A DNA stretch of 64,000 nucleotides, from positions 1,504,001 through 1,568,000 of the forward strand of contig CBDASK010000003.1 of NCBI GenBank assembly GCA_965199495.1, given 5' to 3'. This stretch comes from Abditibacterium sp. Its GTDB lineage: Bacteria > Armatimonadota > Abditibacteriia > Abditibacteriales > Abditibacteriaceae. Shown here one piece after another: positions 38,231 through 47,929 of this stretch. The position numbers and the translations under genes are program-made. The first letter of the stretch is position 1. Every line of letters begins with the position of its first letter. The notes beneath the pieces are model-generated. The model was not told the origin of the DNA, ran no database searches, and saw nothing but the letters and a program-made list of their open reading frames with translations.

Positions 38231-39358
38231 TCAAACGGCAACGGGACTGGGAAAATTAGCAAAGTTCGGCCACTTTTGACGGCAGGACAAGCGCGGAATC
38301 AGGCGCATCGGCACCGCGCGATGTTGGCGCTGGGGCGGCAGTTGATCGTGTGCGCGGCTCCACACCAAATCGGCGGCTTCGCGGCCAATCTCGTCCCACG
38401 GCAGGTGCAGCGAAGTGATGTTGTGCCGCCGCGCGGCGGGCGAATTATCGAACGCCACAATGGCGGGCCACTGCGCGCGTGGCACATTGGCGGCAAGCAA
38501 GCCGTCCATGAAACCCAGCGCGACCGCGTCATTGGCAGCCACGACGCCGCGAATGTCGCCGCGCCCCAGCAATTCGCCCGCGAATCCGCGTCCGATGGCG
38601 CGCGCACCCGCCGCGTCATCGTTGGCTTCTTCACGCGGACAAAACGCCATCGCGTGATAGGGCAAACCCGCTTCGGCCAGCGCGCGCGCCCAGCCGTTTT
38701 CGCGCTCGCTCGACCATTCTTTGGCGCTGCTGCCCGACGTGGCTGCATGAACGCCCAGATAAGCGATGCTCCTGAAACCGCGCTCGATCAGATGATGGGT
38801 GGCGCGATAGCCGCCATCTTCGTTATCGAAAGACAACAGATCGAGCTGCTCGCCTGCGCGCCAGTTGCCGCCGATGCGCGCCAGAGGCACGCTCTCATCG
38901 AACAAACCTCGCAGCGAAACCTCGTCGAGCCGCTCTTCGCGCACCAACAAAAACGCGCCGTCAATCTTCAAGTCGCGCCACGAATCGTTGGCCTGCGACA
39001 GCTCCAACGACAAAGCCACGCCGCCGCGCGCCGCCACACGCGAATCGAAACCGATCTGAATCTCCGTCGCGTAAGGATGCGGCGACGCGTCATCAATCAA
39101 AAACACCTGACACGACGCGGCTTCGGCTTCGCCCTGCCCCGCGAACGAACCGACTTTGGGAACCGCGCGAAACAAACCTTCGGCCTCCACCATCTGCAAC
39201 GCCCGATGCGCGATATAACGCGAAACTCCGTGCTGCTGGGCGACAGCACTCACGGTTGGTAACATCGCCCCCGGCTTCAAAGCGCCGCCGACCAACAAAG
39301 CGCGCAGCGATTGCTCTACACCTTGCTGTTGCTCGCGAGTTTCCTGTCGGCTGGCCAT
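38231..39358 (-). CDS. GntR-HTH / LacI-type sugar-binding transcriptional regulator
   Basis: LKPGAMLPTV..AQQHGVSR..AHRAL; DNEDGGYRATHHLI, AANDAVA, IVAFDN; ATG 39358. Confidence 0.88.
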   Translation of the reverse strand: MASRQETREQQQGVEQSLRALLVGGALKPGAMLPTVSAVAQQHGVSRYIAHRALQMVEAEGLFRAVPKVGSFAGQGEAEAASCQVFLIDDASPHPYATEIQIGFDSRVAARGGVALSLELSQANDSWRDLKIDGAFLLVREERLDEVSLRGLFDESVPLARIGGNWRAGEQLDLLSFDNEDGGYRATHHLIERGFRSIAYLGVHAATSGSSAKEWSSERENGWARALAEAGLPYHAMAFCPREEANDDAAGARAIGRGFAGELLGRGDIRGVVAANDAVALGFMDGLLAANVPRAQWPAIVAFDNSPAARRHNITSLHLPWDEIGREAADLVWSRAHDQLPPQRQHRAVPMRLIPRLSCRQKWPNFANFPSPVAV

Positions 39359-39642
39359 GATAAATAGAGTATACCCAGATTCAAACAGTTTCAAACATAT
39401 TTTCAGATAGAATTTACATTCTTTATAAGCCAGCAATTTTCAAATTTTGAATGGACGCCTTTGCCTAAATATCGCCGCGCAGAGAAGGGTTGCGGTTAGT
39501 CCGCGAAAAAGGTAAGTTAAAAAGGCTGGCAATAAGAAGGGAATTGTTCAAATTTCCGGCGTTTTCTGCTTTCTAATTCTGGCTGCTGTTTTACTATAAA
39601 GTCTCTTTCAAAACTCATCTGGTTTTGCGATAATTTGTTCAA

Positions 39643-40224
39643 ATGGAACTGACACACGAACGAGGGGCACTCATTCCCGCCAAGCCCGGCCAATTCGCTA
39701 ATCTCGGATGGGCGGCGCTGTGCGCGCTGGGCGGCATCAGTTATGGCTGGGCGCAGCACATTGTAGCGCCGCGCGCGGCTTATATTATCGGCGGCACTTT
39801 GTTGGGCGTGGCTGCGGTATTGGTCGCGATTAATCTCGTCAACTATTTTCGTCTGGAGCGCGAAGGTTGGTGGATGCCCATCGAAGCCGAACCGTTTGGC
39901 GGCGGACGCACGTTGGAAGGCAAAGGCTGGATCGTGGACGTTCAGGACGATCACATTCATACTATCAATCATGGCCGTTACGGGCCAGTTGAAAACATGG
40001 TGCGTCTGGATGCGATTAAGCGCGTGGACGTTTTGGGCGACGGCGCCAGTCTGGTTTTGACCAACGAATTCGTCAATCCTTATATGTCCATCGAATGGGA
40101 TTTTCTGCCCAAAGCCCAACGCATCGCTTTAATTCGTTGGGTACGCGAACACACGCAAAACGCGCTGTTTACGCCGTTCGCCGAAGAGATCGAAAGCGGC
40201 TGGTTTCCGCGCGCCGTGCGTTAG
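39643..40224 (+). CDS. Hypothetical membrane protein
   Basis: Two N-terminal TM segments; ends 8 nt before pyrE. Confidence 0.65.
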   Translation: MELTHERGALIPAKPGQFANLGWAALCALGGISYGWAQHIVAPRAAYIIGGTLLGVAAVLVAINLVNYFRLEREGWWMPIEAEPFGGGRTLEGKGWIVDVQDDHIHTINHGRYGPVENMVRLDAIKRVDVLGDGASLVLTNEFVNPYMSIEWDFLPKAQRIALIRWVREHTQNALFTPFAEEIESGWFPRAVR

Positions 40225-40232
40225 TTATTTTC

Positions 40233-40829
40233 ATGCAAACACCGTTAAATCCCGAACAAATCGAACAGGCATTGCGCGAAAGCGGCGCTTGGTTAGAAGG
40301 TCATTTTCTGCTGGCGTCGGGGCGTCATTCGGCGCAATATATCGAGAAATTTCGTCTGCTCGAACAGCCGCGTTTGACTTCGCAATTGTGCGCTGAAATC
40401 GCGCGGCGCTTTGAAAACGACGACATCGAATGCGTCGTCGGCCCGGTGACGGGCGGCATCATTCTGGCGTTTGAAGTCGCGCGCATTTTGGGCGTGCGCG
40501 CGGTTTACGCCGAACGCGCCGACGACGGCAAAGGTTTCGCGTTGCGGCGTGGCTTTGAACTGAAGCCAAACGAGAAATGTCTGGTCGTCGAAGACATCGT
40601 GACAACCGGCGGCAGCGCGCAAAAAGTCGTCGAATTGGTGCGCGCCAACAACGGCCACGTCGGCGGCGTGGCTCTATTGGTGGATCGTTCCAATGGCGCG
40701 TTGCAAATTGATGCGCCGCGCGTGGAATCGCTGTTGACGATGCAAGTCGAAAGCTGGGCGCCCGGCGAAGCACCGGCGTGGCTCAGCGAAAAATATGGCC
40801 CGGCGCGCAAACCGGGCACGACGAAATAG
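40233..40829 (+). CDS. pyrE: Orotate phosphoribosyltransferase
   Basis: GHFLLASGRHS, LRRGF, VVEDIVTTGGS PRPP motif. Confidence 0.95.
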   Translation: MQTPLNPEQIEQALRESGAWLEGHFLLASGRHSAQYIEKFRLLEQPRLTSQLCAEIARRFENDDIECVVGPVTGGIILAFEVARILGVRAVYAERADDGKGFALRRGFELKPNEKCLVVEDIVTTGGSAQKVVELVRANNGHVGGVALLVDRSNGALQIDAPRVESLLTMQVESWAPGEAPAWLSEKYGPARKPGTTK

Positions 40830-40840
40830 ATAAATATTTG

Positions 40841-40929
40841 GCCACGAAAAAGCACAAAAGAAACAAAAATTTTGGAGGGGAAATACGCGTTCTTCCAAAC
40901 CTTTTGTTTCTTTTGTGCTTTTTCGTGAC
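40841..40929. repeat. Family C variant hairpin
   Basis: gccacgaaaaagcacaaaagaaacaaaa ... ttttgtttcttttgtgctttttcgtgac. Confidence 0.8.
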
Positions 40930-40940
40930 TAAATATTATT

Positions 40941-41846
40941 TCAACGCGCCGCCACAATCGCACGCGTGGCGCTTTGCCAACGCGGATAATCGAAGGCAAA
41001 ACCCGCGTCCAACAAACGCGTGGGCACGACGCGGCGGCTTTTGAGCAGTAATTCGGTTTCGGTTTGTCCGATTAATGCGCCAATTTCGAGTTGCCAGCGC
41101 GCCGTTGGCAACGCGTACGGGATTTTCAAAGCGCGCCGCAAAGTCGAGAGAAATTGCGCGTTGGTCAACGGTTGCGGCGCGGCGATATTGATTGGGCCAT
41201 TCAATTCGCTTTCCAATAAAAACGCGACGGCGCGACAGAAATCGTGCAAGTGAATCCACGAAATATATTGTCCGCCGCCCGCCATTGGGCCGCCGAATCC
41301 GAGCTTAACCAAAATCTCGAACGCATCATAAACTCCGCCGCGCGGTGCGCCGAAAACCATCGCCAAGCGCATCGCCACGCGGCGACATTCGACCGGCGCT
41401 GCGAACAAAGTTTGCTCCCATTTTTGGCAAACATCAACCGAAAAACCGTGGCCGATTTCGCCTGATGTTTCGTCCATCGGGCGGTCGCGCGCATCGCGAT
41501 AAATCGTGGCCGACGCCGCATTGAGCCACACGCGCGGCGCCGTGGCTGCATCGTTGACGGCACGCCCAATTAACTTTGTGGTTTGCACGCGCGAATCGAG
41601 AATTTGGCGTTTGTTCTCGGCGTTATAACGGCAATTCACGCTACGCCCAGCCAGATTAATGACGGCATCGGCGCCATCGAATTCGCGTGCCCAATCGCCC
41701 ATTGTTTTGCCGTCCCACGCGACAAATTTGGCGCCCATTTTTGGATCATGGCGCGAAATTACGGTGAGTTCGTGATTGGCGTTTTGTAGAAATGGGACGA
41801 GCGCTTGGCCGAGATAACCCGACGCACCGACGAGAATAATTTTCAT
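40941..41846 (-). CDS. TIGR01777-family NAD-dependent epimerase
   Basis: GASGYLG, INLAG, ILDSRV, SWIHLHD, SRRVVPTRL. Confidence 0.9.
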   Translation of the reverse strand: MKIILVGASGYLGQALVPFLQNANHELTVISRHDPKMGAKFVAWDGKTMGDWAREFDGADAVINLAGRSVNCRYNAENKRQILDSRVQTTKLIGRAVNDAATAPRVWLNAASATIYRDARDRPMDETSGEIGHGFSVDVCQKWEQTLFAAPVECRRVAMRLAMVFGAPRGGVYDAFEILVKLGFGGPMAGGGQYISWIHLHDFCRAVAFLLESELNGPINIAAPQPLTNAQFLSTLRRALKIPYALPTARWQLEIGALIGQTETELLLKSRRVVPTRLLDAGFAFDYPRWQSATRAIVAAR

Positions 41847-41861
41847 AAAAATTGCGGATGT

Positions 41862-41906
41862 TTTTCCCTCACCCGCCTTCTCGTAGCGAAGGCGGGTGAG
41901 GGAAAA
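41862..41906. repeat. Short family-B-like hairpin / terminator
   Basis: ttttccctcacccgccttc-tcgtagc-gaaggcgggtgagggaaaa. Confidence 0.7.
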
Positions 41907-41909
41907 CCT

Positions 41910-42833
41910 CTAATCGCGCGTCAGCACGAACGCCGCCCAGCGTTCCGTCCACGTTTCGTCGCCTTCGTCGCGCGATTCGCCGTCCATCTGCCGCGCGATT
42001 TGCGTTTTAAATCCGGCGCCATTTAACGCCGCCTCAACTTCATCGGCGCGCGGCGCGCTGATGCCCGAAACCACGAGCGTGCCCGCAGTGGCTGTAACGC
42101 GCGCGAGTTCGGGCGCCAATCGAATCAGCAAATCGCTCATCAAATTGGCGACGACAAATGGAAAGGGCTGCGCGACCCATTTCAAATCGGCAGCTAATTT
42201 CGCGTCAATTGCGACGCCGTTTTTTGCGGCGTTTTCGTTCGTGGCGGCAATGCACCATTCGTCCAAATCGGAGCCGACGACATCGGCGCCCAACTTGGCG
42301 GCGGCGATGCTCAAAATGCCGCTACCGCAACCAACATCGAGCAGCTTTTGGCCGTCTAAATTCAAATCGCCGAGTAGTTCCAGACACATCCGCGTCGTGG
42401 GATGTTGGCCGGTGCCAAAGGCCAAACCGGGATCGAGTTCGATGGCGATTTTGTCCGATTGCGGTGCATCTTCCCAACTGGGCACGATGAGAAAACGCCC
42501 GATTTCGAGCGGCGGAAAGTTTTCGCGCCACTCGTTGGCCCAATCGTGCGAAACGACGGCTTCGACGTGAAAATCGGCCTCGAAACCGGCGCGCGCCAAC
42601 GATGCAGCCACGTCGTCGGGACTGGAAGAGGAATTGTCGCGGCGATAACCCGTCAAAGTCGTTTGCTCGCGCTTCACGAGGGTCGCGTCCTCGCTCTGGT
42701 CGAAGACAATCGCGGTGTCCTCGATTTGCACGCCCTCGCAGTCGTGTTCGATTAAAAAATTAGCGGCGGCCTCGGTGTCGGCGGGCGCCACGGTGAGACG
42801 AATCAGGTGCCAGGAATCTTGGGGAGATGACAT
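41910..42833 (-). CDS. prmA: Ribosomal protein L11 methyltransferase
   Basis: DWANEW, LDPGLAFGTGQHPTT, DVGCGSGILSI, VANL. Confidence 0.95.
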   Translation of the reverse strand: MSSPQDSWHLIRLTVAPADTEAAANFLIEHDCEGVQIEDTAIVFDQSEDATLVKREQTTLTGYRRDNSSSSPDDVAASLARAGFEADFHVEAVVSHDWANEWRENFPPLEIGRFLIVPSWEDAPQSDKIAIELDPGLAFGTGQHPTTRMCLELLGDLNLDGQKLLDVGCGSGILSIAAAKLGADVVGSDLDEWCIAATNENAAKNGVAIDAKLAADLKWVAQPFPFVVANLMSDLLIRLAPELARVTATAGTLVVSGISAPRADEVEAALNGAGFKTQIARQMDGESRDEGDETWTERWAAFVLTRD

Positions 42834-42868
42834 GGTTGCGGGCGTGAGTTTACCCGCTCAAACGGTTT

Positions 42869-44575
42869 TTACGCGTCCAAATCCACGCCCTCGATCTCTT
42901 CGGCGCCCGGCAAATCTTCGAGGCTCATCACGTTGTCCAGTCCGTCGCCCGTTTCCATTTCGTCTTCCGCTTCCAGGTTTTGTTTGGCGGTTTGCAACAA
43001 AGTCGAGTGTTCAGTCGTATGCTTTTCGGGATGAACTTTCATGCCCTGATGCAAAATTTGATCGATCAAATCCACGATTTGCGGGTCGAACTGCGTGCCC
43101 GCGCAACGCTTTAATTCGCCCACGGCGTCCTCGTGCGAGACCATATCGCGATAGGGACGCGGCGTCGTCATCGCATCGAACGCGTCAACGGCGCCCACAA
43201 TGCGCGCCACCAGAGGGATGCCCTCGCCCGCCAGACCATCGGGATAACCGCTACCGTCCCATTTTTCGTGGTGATGCAAAATCCCATCGGTCAGCCGGTT
43301 AAGCGTCGGCACGCGCAAAACCAAGTCGCGACCAATCGCCGGATGCTTCTGAATAATGGAAAATTCTTCGTCCATTAACTTGCCCGGCTTGAGCAAAATG
43401 CCGTCGGGCACGCCGATTTTGCCGATGTCGTGCAGCAAAGCCGAATAACGCACTTCGTCCAATTTCTCGCCCTTGAGTTCCAGGCGCCGCCCGACCTCGA
43501 CGGCCAAACGCATCACGCTTTCGCAATGTCCGCGCGTGTAGGCGTCTTTGGCTTCGATGGCGTCGGCCAAAACCGCGATGGTCGAAGCGTAAGCCTCATT
43601 GAGTTCGTGGTGCAAACGCACGTTTTCCAGCGCGATTCCGGCGTGCTGACCGATAGACAATAGCAATTTGGTGTCCTGCTCGTTGAAGTCTCCGCTGCGT
43701 TTGTTGGCCAAAAGTAGCACGCCACTGTTCTTGCCTTTGGCAGCCACCGGCAGAGCCGACAGGTTGACCAGACCGGAACCGTCGGGCAATTTGTCGCTAT
43801 CGTTTTCGACTAAGGGCGCGTTTTCGGTATGAACGCGGCGCGTGAACTCGAACAGCGCGTTGGCGATTTCGGGTTTGAGATCGTCCATGCCCAGCGAGGC
43901 GATCACATCGTCGCCGTCCGATTGGGTGAATAAACCGACTTCGGCGCCCGTCAGTTGGCGCGCCATTTCGATAATTAGCGACGGCAAATCGTCAATTTGC
44001 AGGTCGTGCAAATCCAAAACTTGCGCGAACAAATCGTCTTTTTCGCGCTCTTTTTCTTCGTTCTGGCGCACCAAATCGGCGACGTGAGAATGCAAACGCG
44101 CGTTTTCCTGCTCGGCCTCACGCTTTTCAGTTTGCAAATCGGCGTGAGCATTGTTCAATGCCTCGTGCGCTTCTTCGTGCGCTTCGAGTTGCCGCGCTAA
44201 CTGCGCGATTTGATGATTCAACCGCGCGTTCTCTTCGCCGCTCTGGCGATTATTTTCTTCGAGCGCGGCGTTTTGATGCGTCAAACTTTCGTTTTCGAGC
44301 GACGATTTGTCGAGTTGCACGCGCAACTGTTCGACCTCGGTCTGCAACTGCGCGATCTGCGCGCTCAAATTTTCTTGATGGCGCAGAGCGGCTATCTTTT
44401 CGGTATCGAGCGACAAAACGGCGGCGCGCGCGCATTCGAGTTGTTGATGCACGGCATCGAAAGCCGCCAGAGCCGAAGCACTGGCCGAAGGTTGGTGCAT
44501 TTGCGGATGATCTTGCAGCACGGCGCAATCATCAATTGAGTCGGATGTGGGCGGTAAATTGGCGGAGAGAAACAT
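42869..44575 (-). CDS. Coiled-coil + GAF + HD-GYP phosphodiesterase
   Basis: YTRGHC, LLHDIGK, HHEKWDGSGYP, VDAFDAM. Confidence 0.92.
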   Translation of the reverse strand: MFLSANLPPTSDSIDDCAVLQDHPQMHQPSASASALAAFDAVHQQLECARAAVLSLDTEKIAALRHQENLSAQIAQLQTEVEQLRVQLDKSSLENESLTHQNAALEENNRQSGEENARLNHQIAQLARQLEAHEEAHEALNNAHADLQTEKREAEQENARLHSHVADLVRQNEEKEREKDDLFAQVLDLHDLQIDDLPSLIIEMARQLTGAEVGLFTQSDGDDVIASLGMDDLKPEIANALFEFTRRVHTENAPLVENDSDKLPDGSGLVNLSALPVAAKGKNSGVLLLANKRSGDFNEQDTKLLLSIGQHAGIALENVRLHHELNEAYASTIAVLADAIEAKDAYTRGHCESVMRLAVEVGRRLELKGEKLDEVRYSALLHDIGKIGVPDGILLKPGKLMDEEFSIIQKHPAIGRDLVLRVPTLNRLTDGILHHHEKWDGSGYPDGLAGEGIPLVARIVGAVDAFDAMTTPRPYRDMVSHEDAVGELKRCAGTQFDPQIVDLIDQILHQGMKVHPEKHTTEHSTLLQTAKQNLEAEDEMETGDGLDNVMSLEDLPGAEEIEGVDLDA

Positions 44576-44733
44576 GAGACAACGTAAAACTTGGGGCGGG
44601 CGCTGGACGCCCTTTTAATTCGGATGTTCAGCGCATTTCACGCCGAAGTCGTTCGCAATTACGGTTAAAAATTCCTAAGACTTCGGTTAAAAAAGCGCAG
44701 ACCAACCAGTGAACGCGATTTTCAACGTATGAC

Positions 44734-46353
44734 TTAGAGCAATGATTCCGCCGTGGCTTGGGCTTGGTTCTGCTGCGCTTGATCCAATTCTTCCTGCTCG
44801 ATGACCTGAAGATAATGATTGGACTGTTCCTGCGAACGTTTGAGCGCATCAGGGCGTGGACGGGCCGATCTTTCGGCCAGGGCCGCGAAATGATCGTTAG
44901 TTTTCTGGCTTTCTTGCAGAATTTTTTCCAAAACATTCACGACTTTGGGGTCGAACTGGCTGCCCGCACAACGCTTCATTTCGTCCAACGCTTCCTGCGC
45001 CGAAACGGACTGACGGTAAAGGCGCGGCGTCGTCATCGCTTCGAAGGCATTGACGGCGCCGACGATGCGCGCGGCAATGGGAATTCTCTCGGCGGCCAGC
45101 CCCGAAGGATAGCCGCTGCCGTCCCATTTTTCGTGCTGATGCAAAATCGCGTCGGCCACGAAATGCAGATGCGGCATCCGCAAAACCAGATCGCAGCCGA
45201 TCACGGGATGGGTGCGCATAATCTTCTGTTCTTCGTCATTCAACCGCCCCGTGTTGAGCAATATTCCGTCGGGCACGCCGACTTTTCCAATGGCATGAAG
45301 CAATGCGGCCTGACGCACCTCTTCCAGTTGTTCGGCTTTGAGATCGAGTTTTTTGGCGACTTCAACGGCCAACAACATGATGCTCTGCGCGCGCCCGCCG
45401 GTATAAGCATTGCGAGTTTCGATGGCGTCAATCAAAGCGGAAACGGTATCGTTATAACGCTCTTCGTGTTGCCGGTAAAACTTCGCGTTTTCCAGCGCGA
45501 TAATCATCTGCGGCTCCAACTGTTGGAGCCGGTGGCTGTCCGCAAGGGTAAAGTCGCCGTCCGATTTGTTGGCCAGCAGCAAAACGCCGCCGTTTTCGTG
45601 ATGGGCCGCAAAGGGCAGCGCGATGAGATTGAAAAACTCGCAACTTTTCGGCGTGTTTTCGAAATCGTTTTCGATAACCGCTTCTTTGCCCTGACGAACT
45701 CTCTGCGTGAACTCGAACAGTTCGTAAGCCACGCGCGGCGGCAACCCGTCTAACCCACGCATTGCGGCGGCATCTATGGCGCTCGAATCGGTGAGAACGC
45801 CAACTTCAGCGCCCGTAATTTCGCAGGCGGCAGTTACAATTTGCCCGACCAAATCTTCAGTTTTGAGATCGAAGAGCGGCCCCATTTGTTGCAACAACTT
45901 GTCGCCTGACGAATCGTCGAGTTCGCTGGCAGCGCCCTCGATTTCGTTGATTTGCTGCTGCAAGCGAGCGTTATCGCCTTCCAATTTTTTGTTGTGGTTT
46001 TCCAAAAATTCGATGAGTTCGCTGGCGTCATTCAATTCCGATTGTAACGTTTCAATTTGTGCCGTCAAGCCTGCTTCGTGCGCGAAGTGCTGCGTTCTGG
46101 CGCTGTCACTTTCCATTTGGAGCGCCGCTACTATTTGGCGCGATTTTTCGAGTTGCTCGATGACATCGCGAAGCGCCGCAACGGCAGTTTCTCCCCCGTT
46201 GTCGGTGGAATCTGCCTGGACTTTTTCCAACGCGGAATCCGAGTTCGGGTCGCCGGATTTTTGGTGCGACTCCGCCGCGACGACCGATGAAGAACGCACG
46301 GGGACGGGAATGATAGAAGGGGCGGATGAGGGAAAAAGAGCGCGGGGTTTCAT
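44734..46353 (-). CDS. Coiled-coil + GAF + degenerate HD-GYP protein
   Basis: Paralogue of the neighbour with YTGGRA, LLHAIGK, HQHEKWDGSGYP, VNAFEAM. Confidence 0.88.
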   Translation of the reverse strand: MKPRALFPSSAPSIIPVPVRSSSVVAAESHQKSGDPNSDSALEKVQADSTDNGGETAVAALRDVIEQLEKSRQIVAALQMESDSARTQHFAHEAGLTAQIETLQSELNDASELIEFLENHNKKLEGDNARLQQQINEIEGAASELDDSSGDKLLQQMGPLFDLKTEDLVGQIVTAACEITGAEVGVLTDSSAIDAAAMRGLDGLPPRVAYELFEFTQRVRQGKEAVIENDFENTPKSCEFFNLIALPFAAHHENGGVLLLANKSDGDFTLADSHRLQQLEPQMIIALENAKFYRQHEERYNDTVSALIDAIETRNAYTGGRAQSIMLLAVEVAKKLDLKAEQLEEVRQAALLHAIGKVGVPDGILLNTGRLNDEEQKIMRTHPVIGCDLVLRMPHLHFVADAILHQHEKWDGSGYPSGLAAERIPIAARIVGAVNAFEAMTTPRLYRQSVSAQEALDEMKRCAGSQFDPKVVNVLEKILQESQKTNDHFAALAERSARPRPDALKRSQEQSNHYLQVIEQEELDQAQQNQAQATAESLL

Positions 46354-46454
46354 AGAAAGACAGAGTTGCTGCGGCGCTCAAAGTGGCTTTCGCCATGCCT
46401 ACAAACAACGGATTCTGTCAATACAGCAACAATTTCGCCTCTCCCCAAAGAAAC

Positions 46455-46670
46455 TTATTTCGCTTTTTTAGCGGCGGCTTCCAAGGTGGAATCGGGCACC
46501 GCTTTTTCGCTGGAGCGCGCCAGAAGTTCGGTGATAACTACGAAAATGAGCGAGGCCACTCCTGCCGAAATGTTGAAACGCTTGGTGAGGAAGTTGGCGA
46601 ACATTTTGGCGACGAAACCGCCCAAAATGCGGCGACCGAAAAATAAAAGAAAGGACATGGGAATTCCCAT
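46455..46670 (-). CDS. Small hypothetical hydrophobic protein
   Basis: 67-71 aa ORF with one hydrophobic helix; start codon lies inside a 30-bp palindrome. Confidence 0.4.
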   Translation of the reverse strand: MGIPMSFLLFFGRRILGGFVAKMFANFLTKRFNISAGVASLIFVVITELLARSSEKAVPDSTLEAAAKKAK

Positions 46671-46705
46671 GTCCTTTCAATTTACGCGCCAATGACAATT
46701 TTCAA

Positions 46706-47311
46706 TTAACTGCCGAAGCGTTCGCTGACTTTATCCCAATTGACGGTGTTCCACCACGCTTCGAGATATTTTGGGCGCGCGTTCTGATAATTCAGATAAT
46801 ACGCGTGTTCCCACACGTCGTTGCCCAGAATCGGCGTCAGGCCCTGCGTGAGCGGGCTATCTTGATTGGGCGTCGAAATCACCTGCAAATTGCCCGACGC
46901 GTCTTTGACCAGCCACGCCCAGCCCGAACCGAACTGGCCCGCGCCCGCCGCGTTGAATTTGGTCTTGAGTTCGTCCAGCGAACCAAACGTCTGGTCAATG
47001 GCGTCTTTGAGCGCCCCGCTGGGCTGCGAAGCGCCGCCGGGCGTCATGGTTTCCCAAAACATGGTGTGATTGATATGTCCGCCACCGTTGTTGCGAATAG
47101 CGGTTTTAACCGAATCGGGCGCGCTGTCGAGATTGGTAATCAAATCTTCGATAGATTTATTGGCCAGTTCGGGCGCCTTTTCGAGGGCGGCGTTGAGATT
47201 ATTGACGTAAGCCGCGTGATGCTTGTCGTGATGAATTTTCATGGTTTCTTCATCAATATGCGGTTCGAGCGCGTCATACGCGTAGGGCAGAGCGGGAAGT
47301 TCAAAAGCCAT
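46706..47311 (-). CDS. sodA: Fe/Mn superoxide dismutase (Mn-type signature)
   Basis: [47 protein letters not shown]. Confidence 0.96.
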   Translation of the reverse strand: MAFELPALPYAYDALEPHIDEETMKIHHDKHHAAYVNNLNAALEKAPELANKSIEDLITNLDSAPDSVKTAIRNNGGGHINHTMFWETMTPGGASQPSGALKDAIDQTFGSLDELKTKFNAAGAGQFGSGWAWLVKDASGNLQVISTPNQDSPLTQGLTPILGNDVWEHAYYLNYQNARPKYLEAWWNTVNWDKVSERFGS

Positions 47312-47446
47312 AGTATTTTCCTTGAATCGCGCGGCGCCACGATTTGCTGGTTTTTGGCGCGCCGCCGAAATTCGAGGTTTCTCTGGCGCAAAACTGGCGC
47401 CGCGTTTTTGGGTAGTGCTACGAATCAGAAGTTTTGCTCTTGCCCC

Positions 47447-47476
47447 TTGCGCTCCATAAGCAAATCTGATTATAAT
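47447..47476 (+). promoter_or_regulatory. Candidate sigma70 promoter for the tRNA cassette
   Basis: TTGCGC-18 nt-TATAAT, divergent from sod. Confidence 0.55.
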
Positions 47477-47507
47477 TATTTCCGCGCCAAATTGGCGCAC
47501 CAAAATC

Positions 47508-47603
47508 ATGTTTGTTTTCGGCTTGAACTTAAAACCCTTCGCTTTGCAGAATCTGCAAACGAATGGTTTCGTTCCACTTCCGACAGCGCGCATGAATTTC
47601 TAA
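47508..47603 (+). CDS. Putative leader peptide [31 protein letters not shown]
   Basis: 31-codon ORF between promoter and terminator, below the ORF-track cutoff. Confidence 0.45.
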   Translation: MFVFGLNLKPFALQNLQTNGFVPLPTARMNF

Positions 47604-47623
47604 GTTCTCAGAAATCATTGATT

Positions 47624-47668
47624 AAACGCCCGCCTCTGGAAGTCCCGGAGGCGGGCGTTTTTGTTTTT
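47624..47668 (+). terminator. Terminator/attenuator hairpin upstream of the tRNA cassette
   Basis: aaacgcccgcctctgg-aagtc-ccggaggcgggcgttt followed by ttgttttt. Confidence 0.8.
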
Positions 47669-47680
47669 CTGATGCGATTT

Positions 47681-47751
47681 TGCTTGATCGTCTAAAGGTA
47701 GGACTTCTGACTTTGGCCCAGAAAATCTTGGTTCGATTCCAGGTCGAGCAG
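47681..47751 (+). tRNA. tRNA-Gln(TTG)
   Basis: TGCTTGA/TCGAGCA acceptor, loop CTTTGGC, GTTCGATTC T-arm; A-C mismatch at 31-39; no CCA. Confidence 0.85.
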
Positions 47752-47767
47752 TGGAAATTTTTCCAAT

Positions 47768-47839
47768 AGTGAGGTGGCGAAGTGGTAACGCGACGGCCTG
47801 TTAAGCCGTTCATCGCAGGTTCGATCCCTGTCCTCACTG
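47768..47839 (+). tRNA. tRNA-Asn(GTT)
   Basis: AGTGAGG/CCTCACT acceptor, ACGGC-CTGTTAA-GCCGT anticodon arm, G73; no CCA. Confidence 0.88.
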
Positions 47840-47843
47840 TAAG

Positions 47844-47916
47844 GTGCGCGTGGCCCAATGGCAGAGGCGGTCGGTTTAAGCCCGACGTGTTGCGAGTTCG
47901 AGTCTCGCCGCGCACA
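47844..47916 (+). tRNA. tRNA-Leu(TAA), short variable loop
   Basis: GTGCGCG/CGCGCAC acceptor, GTCGG-TTTAAGC-CCGAC, 5-nt variable loop, A73. Confidence 0.85.
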
Positions 47917-47929
47917 GAGTTAGTTTTTC

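Noticed and set aside
47312..47593. N-terminal extension of SOD
   Set aside because: The canonical MAFELP start is at 47311; the extension spans the divergent promoter region
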